A DNA stretch of 13,540 nucleotides, from the IMG/VR virus record IMGVR_UViG_3300029305_004519, positions 1 through 13,540 of that record; one strand, given 5' to 3'. The position numbers and the translations under genes were made by a program. Below the pieces are notes generated by a model that did no database searches, was not told the DNA's origin, and worked only from the letters and a program-made list of their open reading frames with translations. Within the stretch, counting starts at the first letter, position 1; each line of letters opens with the position of its first letter. The stretch is from a virus. This document shows, piece by piece, positions 1 through 6,613 of the stretch.

Positions 1-183
1 TTTGCGGCTTCTCAAGCAAATCAAAATGCATTTATCACTGCAAATCAAGAAGCTCAAACTGCAGAGTTAATTCGCAGACTATCAACTCCGTGCCCAGTGC
101 CAGCATATGTGGTACCAAACCCTAATTGCTGCTACGATTACCAAATCAGTCGCAACGTAGGCTGCGGTTGCGGAAACTTCTAA
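1..183 (+). CDS. C-terminal fragment of a hypothetical protein (5' partial). Q/N/A-rich, then a Cys-rich tail ...PNPNCCYDYQISRNVGCGCGNF. Stop TAA at 181-183.
   Basis: Frame 1 is open from the window edge to TAA at 181-183. No internal stops. The next gene's RBS lies downstream. Confidence 0.5.
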   Translation, partial: FAASQANQNAFITANQEAQTAELIRRLSTPCPVPAYVVPNPNCCYDYQISRNVGCGCGNF

Positions 184-210
184 TTAAATCAATGGAGGCT
201 TTGAATAAGA

Positions 211-630
211 ATGGAATTAACAGCTAATGCTCTACAAACAGTAGAGGTTAATCAAAATGTGTTATTTACTGACACACCCGTATGCGGAAGTTGCTCCATT
301 CTCCATCGTGAAGGTAGTGGTCAGGTGACTCTTCGCGGAATCACCAACCAATGCCGCGCAAGATTTAAGGCATTCTTCAGTGGGAATATTGCTATTCCCG
401 CTGAAGGTACTGTTGAAGCAATCTCAATTGCTCTTGCGGTAAATGGAGAAGCGATAGCTTCTACAACAATGATTCAGACACCTGCGGCAGTGGAAGAATT
501 TGCTAATGTAGCTAGTGCAGTATATATCGATGTACCTGCTGGTTGCTGCATTACCGTAAGTGTAAGAAATACAAGCACTCAAGCTATTGATGTTCAAAAT
601 GCAAATTTAATCGTAGAAAGGGTGGCGTAA
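211..630 (+). CDS. 139-aa protein resembling the BclA (exosporium) C-terminal C1q/TNF-like domain. Possibly the distal tip of a fibre or adhesin.
   Basis: ORF with GGAGG at 195-199 upstream. C-terminus ...ITVSVRNTSTQAIDVQNANLIVERVA and central ...IALAVNGEAIAST... resemble my recollection of the BclA CTD (ending ...SIIIEKVA; ...TIQVNGVPVPGT...). Stop TAA. Confidence 0.5.
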   Translation: MELTANALQTVEVNQNVLFTDTPVCGSCSILHREGSGQVTLRGITNQCRARFKAFFSGNIAIPAEGTVEAISIALAVNGEAIASTTMIQTPAAVEEFANVASAVYIDVPAGCCITVSVRNTSTQAIDVQNANLIVERVA

Positions 631-631
631 T

Positions 632-1330
632 ATGGATAAGCTAAAACAGATGAAGGAATGCTTAGTTGGCATGGTTGAAGGCCAAGTTTATGGAAACATA
701 GACAAGGTTGACGCGCAAGAGCTAGGCGCCGCCGTGGATATGATTAAAGATTTAAGCGAAGCAATTTATTATTGCACTATTACTGAAGCTATGAAAGATG
801 AGGGCGAAGATAAAGAAAAAGAGGGTAAAGGTAAACATGGCATGATGTATTATCCTCGTACTACTCCTATGTATCATCTTCCTTATCCTATTGAAATGTA
901 TGATCCTCGTATGCGTGAAAGATATAATGATCCCATGTATGCGCAGGGCAATGGTGGATACAATTCAACAAGCACTTCTGGAGGCAATAATGCCCGTGGC
1001 GGCGGTACCCGTGGCTATCGTGAGGGAATGATGCCTATGGATTATTACCCAATGTATAACGATGGTACTATATATGAACAGGGAAATGGTCGTGGTAGCA
1101 ATCGTAATTATTCTGACATGAGAGACCCTCGTGAAGGTCGTAGCGGCGAGCGCCGTAAGATGTACATGGAAGGAAAAGGCATGAAAGATAAAACGCATCA
1201 AATGAAAGAGTTGGAAGCTTACATGCAAGAATTAACGCAAGATATGACTGAAATGATTGCTGACGCAACTCCTGAAGAAAAACAGATGTTGCAGCAAAAG
1301 ATCAGCACTCTTGCTACAAAAATTAAATAA
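632..1330 (+). CDS. Hypothetical 232-aa protein. Helical N- and C-terminal regions flank a low-complexity Met/Tyr/Pro/Gly/Arg/Asn-rich core with repeated PMY / MYD / YYP motifs.
   Basis: ORF with AGGGTGG RBS 7 nt upstream. Stop TAA overlaps the next ATG (TAATG at 1328-1332). Strong compositional bias is visible in the translation. Confidence 0.6.
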   Translation: MDKLKQMKECLVGMVEGQVYGNIDKVDAQELGAAVDMIKDLSEAIYYCTITEAMKDEGEDKEKEGKGKHGMMYYPRTTPMYHLPYPIEMYDPRMRERYNDPMYAQGNGGYNSTSTSGGNNARGGGTRGYREGMMPMDYYPMYNDGTIYEQGNGRGSNRNYSDMRDPREGRSGERRKMYMEGKGMKDKTHQMKELEAYMQELTQDMTEMIADATPEEKQMLQQKISTLATKIK

Positions 1331-1653
1331 TGTTTACTATTAATGGAGAACAATGGTGGATAGTTTTAGTAATGCCATACGACGTTGCACTTTTAATGCC
1401 AAACGGTAACTATGCTATTGGGGCGTGTAATGACTCTACTAAAACTATATATATCAGTAATGAACTTCATGGTGAGGCATTTGAGAAAGTATTGTGTCAT
1501 GAGTTAGTGCATGCCGCGATGTTTGCTTATGATGTCATGTTAGAGCACGATGAAGAGGAGCTAATTGCAGAAATAATTGCAACTTTTGGAGAAGAGATAA
1601 TTGATATTACTGATATAATGTTCGACAAAATAAGAAGAGGAAGATATTATTAA
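1330..1653 (+). CDS. Small (107 aa) putative zinc metallopeptidase-like protein with an HExxH motif (CHELVHAAMF). SprT/WLM-like minimal fold.
   Basis: HELVH motif preceded by ...IYISNEL...EAFEKVL. TAATG translational coupling with the upstream gene. Stop TAA at 1651-1653 lies inside the terminator hairpin. Confidence 0.55.
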   Translation: MFTINGEQWWIVLVMPYDVALLMPNGNYAIGACNDSTKTIYISNELHGEAFEKVLCHELVHAAMFAYDVMLEHDEEELIAEIIATFGEEIIDITDIMFDKIRRGRYY

Positions 1654-1669
1654 TATCTTCCTTTTTTTT
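1638..1669. terminator. Rho-independent terminator shared by the convergent + and − gene blocks.
   Basis: Perfect 12-bp inverted repeat AGGAAGATATTA (1638-1649) / TAATATCTTCCT (1651-1662), followed by T8 on the + strand (1662-1669). On the − strand the same hairpin is followed by a CTTCTTATTTTG tract. The ruvC TAA stop is at 1668-1670. Confidence 0.6.
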
Positions 1670-2174
1670 ACCATGCAGCTGCACTATAATCTTTTTCTTT
1701 TTTTGGATGTAAAAATGCATGACCAATACATACAGCATCGGCTGTGTCATCACTAGTTAAAGATAATCCATATGTTCGATTTGCAAATTCTATATCCTTT
1801 TGTTTTTTCTATTCACGCTTTGAGGCGCGCCCATCCTCAATGCCGCATGTTGAGCGCCAAGAGCTTGGATACACCATTTCAATCTAAACTTCAGGATGTT
1901 TATCATGCATTTCAATATGAATAAACGCCTAAAGATACATAAGTGCACGAAAGGTATTAGTATTTTTACTATGATCTGGAATAACTTCTTCCATCACTAT
2001 TTTTTCAATTTTCATTTGTTCAACTATTGTTAAAATGCCGTCAACCATTTTATGGATTCTTTTATATAAATCGGTTGATGATGCGGTAATACAATTGCAT
2101 ACAAGCAAGTCTTTATCTTTAAACACTGCAAAACCAGTTGCTTTAGTTGAGCAATCTAACGCTAATAAGTACAT
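1668..2174 (-). CDS. ruvC: RuvC-like Holliday junction resolvase, 168 codons, with three in-frame TAG sense codons (plus-strand CTA at 1929-1931, 1884-1886, 1809-1811). Terminates at TAA 1668-1670.
   Basis: N-terminus MYLLALDCSTKATGFAVF is the RuvC fold catalytic Asp motif. After TAG the same frame continues ...AFIHIEMHDKHPEV[TAG]IEMVYPSSWRSTCGMRMGRASKRE[TAG]KKQKDIEFANRTYGLSLTSDDTADAVCIGHAFLHPKKEKDYSAAAW. The C-terminal DDTADAVCIGH matches the conserved RuvC C-terminal acidic/His motif (E. coli DAADALAIAITH). RBS GGAGGTG lies 5 nt upstream of the ATG at 2174. The standard-code ORF track gives only the 81-aa N-terminal piece. Confidence 0.75.
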
Positions 2175-2197
2175 AAATGCACCTCCATTCTAGGTAC

Positions 2198-2226
2198 ATT
2201 ATACTTAAAAATTTTTATTAAGTCAA
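2198..2226 (-). promoter_or_regulatory. Sigma70-like promoter P(ruvC): TTGACT-17-TATAAT.
   Basis: − strand -35 TTGACT (plus 2221-2226 agtcaa), 17-nt spacer (2204-2220), -10 TATAAT (plus 2198-2203 attata). The -35 is contiguous with the T6 tail of the upstream terminator. RBS and ATG of ruvC follow about 20 nt downstream. Confidence 0.5.
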
Positions 2227-2227
2227 A

Positions 2228-2252
2228 AAAGAGCAGATTAATTCTGCTCTTT
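2228..2252 (-). terminator. Rho-independent terminator ending the dut-containing operon. The stop codon of the upstream small ORF sits in the loop.
   Basis: Stem AAAGAGCAGA (2228-2237) / TCTGCTCTTT (2243-2252), loop TTAAT. On the − strand it is followed by TTTTTT (2225-2230 as aaaaaa on plus) running into the TTGACT -35. Confidence 0.55.
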
Positions 2253-2468
2253 CTATTGTTCTTGTTCTTTTTGAAGTTCTGTATTATATTTTTGAAGTGC
2301 TGTGTTATATTCAAGCTAAGCTTGCATTTGCGCCTCGTTATAGAGATCTTTTAAAATGATTGCCGCTTGATAAATAGGCAAGTGTAAGTCATTAATACCA
2401 TAATTAATAACACGAGCGACTTCTTGTTTAATCTATTCAAAAGCAACCTACTCAGGCATAATAGGCAT
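2238..2468 (-). CDS. Hypothetical 76-aa Gln/Glu/Lys-rich, probably coiled-coil, protein containing four in-frame TAG sense codons (plus CTA at 2448-2450, 2433-2435, 2316-2318, 2253-2255). Ends at TAA 2238-2240.
   Basis: − strand ATG at 2468 preceded by GAGGTG (overlapping the dut TGA). Translation is MPIMPE[TAG]VAFE[TAG]IKQEVARVINYGINDLHLPIYQAAIILKDLYNEAQMQA[TAG]LEYNTALQKYNTELQKEQEQ[TAG]KEQN. There is no TAA/TGA over 77 codons in about 33% GC DNA (chance about 0.015). It has nucleotide-level tandem repeats (TTTTGAAGTnCTGTnTTATAT x2) that correspond to heptad-like NTxLQK repeats. It is invisible to standard-code ORF calling. Confidence 0.5.
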
Positions 2469-2479
2469 TAAACTTCACC

Positions 2480-2965
2480 TCACTTATTTCCGCTAGATCC
2501 AAAACCTCCTACACCACGGGCTGTAGTGCCAATAGAAGTTGTTTCATTGAAAACAATAGGATTGAAGGGTTGAACAATAAGTTGGGCAATTCGTTCTCCA
2601 TGCTCAATTACTTGAATTTGATCTGAAGTATTTTTAAGTGCGACTATTACGGCACCTCGATAGTCTGCATCGATAATGCCTACAGTATTTGCAAGCACAA
2701 GACCGCGTTTTGTTGCATTGCCGCTACGAGGATAGATTGCGCCAAATGTGCCTTGAGGAAGCGCAATGGCAATGCCTGAAGAAATCTTACGTACCTCTCC
2801 CGGCGCCAAAGTAACGCGACTGGCGCCTTCAAGATCTGCATGCAGGTCATATCCAGCCGCCCAATCACTTCCATGAGTTGGCTCTTGCGCAGTCGGCGAA
2901 AGTTTTACATAATCAACAATAGTCGCATAATAATCAATTTGTGGAATAAAATTCATTTCAGTCAT
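2480..2965 (-). CDS. dut: dUTP diphosphatase (trimeric dUTPase).
   Basis: All five dUTPase motifs: AGYDL, PRSG, GIIDADYRG, GERIAQL, RGVGGFGSSG. Stop TGA. Confidence 0.9.
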   Translation of the reverse strand: MTEMNFIPQIDYYATIVDYVKLSPTAQEPTHGSDWAAGYDLHADLEGASRVTLAPGEVRKISSGIAIALPQGTFGAIYPRSGNATKRGLVLANTVGIIDADYRGAVIVALKNTSDQIQVIEHGERIAQLIVQPFNPIVFNETTSIGTTARGVGGFGSSGNK

Positions 2966-2967
2966 TA

Positions 2968-3219
2968 TTAAAACGCTCCAATCTTATATTCAACACTAGC
3001 TTCTCCGACGGGATCTTTAGGGTCATCAAAAGTCTTTACTAAAGTTACAATATAATATTCGTCAATAATTTCTCCTTTTGCTTTACGCTCTTTCTTTACT
3101 GAAGAATATTTTGATAAAATATATCTATTATCAGCCTTTGCTGCGTTGATTAATTCAGTCGCTTCTAATTCACTATCTGCGCGATGCTCTTCTGTTGTTT
3201 TTAATAAATATTTAGCCAT
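2968..3219 (-). CDS. Hypothetical protein (83 aa).
   Basis: ORF with AAGGAG RBS 9 nt upstream (GAGACTAAGGAGATAAAAGGAATG). Stop TAA 2 nt before the dut start. Confidence 0.6.
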   Translation of the reverse strand: MAKYLLKTTEEHRADSELEATELINAAKADNRYILSKYSSVKKERKAKGEIIDEYYIVTLVKTFDDPKDPVGEASVEYKIGAF

Positions 3220-3238
3220 TCCTTTTATCTCCTTAGTC

Positions 3239-3508
3239 TCACTTTACAAAACTAAATTTTAATTTAGCTTTGCCATAGCGAATTACTTGTCCATTCTCTG
3301 CATCTTCTAGGATCTTTGCACCATAAGAAGTAGATCCAGAAAAATCAATCTCTACGATATTGTATTTATCTGCAAGAGCATATACAATATCTCGAATATC
3401 ATCTGGTTTTACGCCCATTTGATCAACCAGAGTTCCATCTTTAATTACATAAATCTTTTGAAATGGTGCAGTAGGGCTAGTCCATACAATAATTTTATTA
3501 GTTTCCAT
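3239..3508 (-). CDS. Hypothetical protein (89 aa). Start moved to the internal ATG (METNKIIVW...).
   Basis: The long 127-aa ORF overlaps the upstream gene by 104 nt. The internal ATG at 3508 has a perfect RBS AAGGAGAG plus 5 nt (plus 3514-3520 ctctcctt) and removes the overlap. Stop TGA. Confidence 0.55.
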   Translation of the reverse strand: METNKIIVWTSPTAPFQKIYVIKDGTLVDQMGVKPDDIRDIVYALADKYNIVEIDFSGSTSYGAKILEDAENGQVIRYGKAKLKFSFVK

Positions 3509-3518
3509 TTTTCTCTCC

Positions 3519-3947
3519 TTAATATTCAAGCACTGCTTCTCCATAGGGGAAGAGATAATATGCAAAACATCCTTCAGAGTTACGAATCCACAACTCCCAT
3601 GTATTAGCCTCTTGTTCATCAATTACTAAAATTTCTCCACGATTAGACATACATTCAAGAATATCATTAACTGCGCTCATAACCGTCACTGGAGGAGCTG
3701 ATTTCCAAGTGCTTGTTTTATCAAGATTAAAGACAGTATAATCCTTTAATTCATTACATAAAAGCATTAGATATTTTTGATGGAAGTTATGCGTTACCCA
3801 TTGGCGTAAATGATTTTTAGCCAAGTCAAGCTCAGCTTCTGTAATTACTGGCTCATTTGCCATGAGTTGCTTATTCATTTCATATAAATTACCAAGACTC
3901 ACTTCTGATGTTTGCTTTGGAATTTTATCTTTATAATTAGCTTTCAT
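3519..3947 (-). CDS. Hypothetical protein (142 aa). First gene of the P2 transcription unit.
   Basis: ORF with RBS TAAGGAGCAAGATATG. Stop TAA. Confidence 0.6.
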   Translation of the reverse strand: MKANYKDKIPKQTSEVSLGNLYEMNKQLMANEPVITEAELDLAKNHLRQWVTHNFHQKYLMLLCNELKDYTVFNLDKTSTWKSAPPVTVMSAVNDILECMSNRGEILVIDEQEANTWELWIRNSEGCFAYYLFPYGEAVLEY

Positions 3948-3977
3948 ATCTTGCTCCTTAAATTACTTTATATAATA

Positions 3978-4006
3978 ATTATAATTTAATTTTTTTTAGT
4001 TGTCAA
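3978..4006 (-). promoter_or_regulatory. Consensus sigma70-type promoter P2: TTGACA-17-TATAAT.
   Basis: − strand -35 TTGACA (plus 4001-4006 tgtcaa), 17-nt spacer (3984-4000), -10 TATAAT (plus 3978-3983 attata). It lies about 30 nt upstream of the RBS and ATG at 3947. Confidence 0.55.
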
Positions 4007-4197
4007 TTATCTGTTTTTATATACATTCCGCAAGTGCAAATTGCGCCGATGGGCGCCTCACGAAACTCTTTACACATACATTTAGTATCCTCATTGCGGA
4101 AAATCTCAAGCACGCATGGGCAATGACCTTGCGCCTCTTTTATAGCCGCACGAATTTCTGCAGCCAATTCTGCACTGGCATATTGTCTTATTTTCAT
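4003..4197 (-). CDS. Small (64 aa) Cys-rich protein (HCPC...CMC...CTC), possibly metal-binding. Last gene of the nrd operon.
   Basis: ORF whose ATG (4197-4195) overlaps the nrdG TAA stop (TAATG). RBS AAAGGA upstream. Six Cys and one His in 64 aa. Stop TGA overlaps the P2 -35. Confidence 0.5.
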   Translation of the reverse strand: MKIRQYASAELAAEIRAAIKEAQGHCPCVLEIFRNEDTKCMCKEFREAPIGAICTCGMYIKTDN

Positions 4198-4679
4198 TAG
4201 CTAATCCTTTCCGCATATTGGTTTTGAGAAGCCAACTTTACGCCAAGTATTTTATCATAATGTGATTCGCTATTGGGGATATAGCGCCCAAATTTTATTA
4301 TGATGTTTGGAAATTGTTTTAATTCAATTAATTGATTTTCAATCTCATTTTTATTATAACCCGTATAAATAACAACATCGTCCATTATAGAATAACAATT
4401 GCGAAAAACAAAAAGGAAGTCGCGCAGGCCGTCGAATGTGTCAAACGGCTCTAATCCCTGGAAGCATACGGCGCGCGCAATTGGATTTGATTTGTAAAGA
4501 TTAATAATTGAGTCTATTGAGTATTCTTTAGTTGGGGCGGTAGCCAGTATGCTATTTTGACACACTGGCTGGCCGCACTCTTTATCACATTTAAAGCCTT
4601 TACAGATAGGAGATTCTATTGTCATACAAGGTGTTTTATAATTGACGAAATCTGTATCTATAATACCTTTCACTTTCAT
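4197..4679 (-). CDS. nrdG: Anaerobic ribonucleotide reductase activating protein (radical-SAM NrdG, short phage-type).
   Basis: Immediately downstream of nrdD with an ATGA overlap (4676-4679). ...VIYTGYNKNEIE resembles T4 NrdG ...VWTGYKLDEL. FQGLEPF resembles the GGDP(L) motif. N-terminal Cys cluster CKGFKCDKECGQPVC, with non-canonical spacing relative to CxxxCxxC. Stop TAA. Confidence 0.75.
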   Translation of the reverse strand: MKVKGIIDTDFVNYKTPCMTIESPICKGFKCDKECGQPVCQNSILATAPTKEYSIDSIINLYKSNPIARAVCFQGLEPFDTFDGLRDFLFVFRNCYSIMDDVVIYTGYNKNEIENQLIELKQFPNIIIKFGRYIPNSESHYDKILGVKLASQNQYAERIS

Positions 4680-6613
4680 TTATTAATTGGCTCCCATTTT
4701 CTCATTTTATATTCATTAGTACGCTCTTTAGACCATGTCTTAATAGGTGTATAAAATCCAACGATGCGAGTATATTCTGTTTCTATTGGTTTACCGCAGC
4801 AAGGACACGTTGTACCATAGAAAGCGTGATTATTCTCGCAGGCTTGAATCTTTGTGTTAAATGCAAAATAGGTTACTCCAGCATCAGAGATATAATTTAC
4901 CATATCCCAAGCTTTCTCGAAGCTATCAAAAGGAGAGTCGATATTCGCATGAAGAATAGATCCTCCATTGCAATAGCCATCAAACTCTGCGGCAATGCGT
5001 ACGCGTTCAGCAAGAGTTGTTTGAATGCCAAGAGGAATAAATTGGTTGCCATAAAGCGGAAGATCAAATACCTCTGCCTCGGGATAGAAGAATTTATCTT
5101 TTTTCATTAACTTAGCGGCAGCGCTTTCTCCTGGTATCTGCTCTGTATTTACATGATAATCAGCACCTGTTTCCAAAATAAAATCATCTGCCACTTGGCG
5201 CATGGTTTCAAAAATTTTCTTGCCAAGATTAGATGCTTGTTCTGTATAATAGACATTGCCAAATTCATCTGTACGAGTATAGCCAAAACGCTTCATTGTT
5301 TCATAAACTCCAATAAACCCAATGGTGTTATAAAGATGTTCAAAATCAACCAGCCCATTGGAAAAATTTGGTAAAAGCCCCTTCTCAACATTTCGCTTAA
5401 TAATATTTCTAACGCAGTGTAGAGCTTCAAGATTTAATCTTGTGCGATACTTAAGTTGTTCTAAATATTCTTCTTCGGTATCTACATCAAGCGCAAGGCG
5501 CGCAAGATTGATTGTAGACACCTTAACAGAGCCTACTTTAAGTGCTGTGCCGCCAATTGAGTTAAAGTAGCCTAAATCTTTAATGTCACTCTTCAAACGG
5601 CAACAGTTAGAAAGTGAAGTTACTGAATCGTCAATAAATAAATTACTGTCAGACCAGCGCATATTATGCTTTACGGCCCAGCGTGCAAATTCCTCATCCT
5701 GGAACTTACCTTCTTGTTTTAGAAGTGAGATTGAAAGCACTGGAAAAGTAAACATGTTCTTATCTCTAATATCCGCAACAGTCTCCATGTACCATTTTTG
5801 GAATTCAATAACTTCTTCCTCATAGTCAATCATAAATTCTCCATTCGGGAACTCACTGCCGCCAAATAGAGCTTCATAATAAGGTCTATCAAATACACTG
5901 GTATTCGTAAATGCAGATTGTGATCCATCACGAACATAGGGCTGATTCACTGCATAAACAAAGCGTTGGAAATTTTGGCGTGCGTATTTCTCTCCATTTC
6001 CGCTACTCTTGATACCAAGATAATCTTCTTCTATATCTTTATGCCAGAAGTAATACATATATGGAATAAGATTAGGAAGTCCGACCGCACCCGAAGAGCG
6101 ATTAGAAGCATAGCTAATAAACTCCTTAACAAAATCAACAAAAGTAGTTAAATGTTGAGCTGGCTCTGGATTAAACGGTGCGCCGATGAAGTACAATCCT
6201 TTTTCAGCTAGGTCTTTGAGATCATAAGCAAAACAATAATGTTTAAATGTTGAGGTATCAGCGTCATGCATATAAAGTTGACCAATCCACTCTGCGCGCA
6301 GCCATTCGTTTGCGCGTTTGAATCCAAAGTGTTTTTGCATTTCATAGTGAATTTTGTTATAAGCTAATAATTTTCTATGAGGTTTAGGCATTTCGTTTAA
6401 GAGAGTTACGATATCCTTTTTACTTACATTGCTATTGCCATCAATGCTTGCGTTAGCGACGACTTTAGTATCGATAAAGTTATCTATGAAATCGGTATAT
6501 GATAATTGATCATCATCAAAACCATTTAACCTAGCTAAATCAGTTCCGTACTCTCCCTAAAGTTTATTATAAGCAGTAACAAAATTCTTTTTTAATCTAA
6601 CATTAATTTCCAT
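4676..6613 (-). CDS. nrdD: Anaerobic (class III) ribonucleoside-triphosphate reductase NrdD, 645 codons, with one in-frame TAG sense codon at codon 19 (plus CTA 6557-6559). The track ORF 4676..6391 is only the portion after the first downstream Met.
   Basis: Strong RBS AAGGAGCAACAAAAGAATG at 6613. Frame reads MEINVRLKKNFVTAYNKL[TAG]GEYGTDLARLNGFDDDQLSYTDFIDNF...NEMPKPHRK... continuous with the 571-aa ORF. The ATG at 6391 has no SD. C-terminal Zn ribbon (C...CPCCGKP) and glycyl-radical motif TRIVGFY (resembling RVCGY). Stop TGA. Confidence 0.85.

Noticed and set aside
965-1268. − strand ORFs 965-1228 and 1068-1268.
   Set aside because: They are antisense to the 232-aa + strand gene, in a compositionally biased region, and are spurious.
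1826-1833. GGCGCGCC (AscI-like) and other GC-rich palindromes (for example 4045-4059 GCGCCGATGGGCGCC) as possible engineered or regulatory sites.
   Set aside because: They lie inside coding sequence, have no flanking T-tract and no repetition pattern. They are most likely incidental.
1929-2174. 81-aa ORF called as an independent small gene.
   Set aside because: It is the N-terminal third of the RuvC-like resolvase. The frame continues through three TAGs to a conserved RuvC C-terminus.
2680-2874. − strand 64-aa ORF in an alternate frame of dut. Also 3419-3607 (+), 4000-4200 (+), 4557-4754 (+), 7365-7550 (+) and 12014-12208 (+).
   Set aside because: All are embedded in, or antisense to, better-supported genes and lack RBSs.
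3239-3622. 127-aa version of the ORF overlapping the upstream gene by 104 nt.
   Set aside because: The internal ATG with a perfect AAGGAGAG SD gives a non-overlapping 89-aa gene.
4826-6151. Several + strand ORFs (4826-5110, 5153-5374, 5358-5570, 5583-5825, 5966-6151) inside nrdD.
   Set aside because: They are antisense to a well-supported conserved gene, have no RBS and show low-complexity translations. They are spurious.
4676-6391. 571-aa ORF boundaries for nrdD starting at the Met at 6391.
   Set aside because: That ATG has no SD. The same frame is open upstream through a single TAG to a strong RBS and ATG at 6613, which overlaps nrdH.
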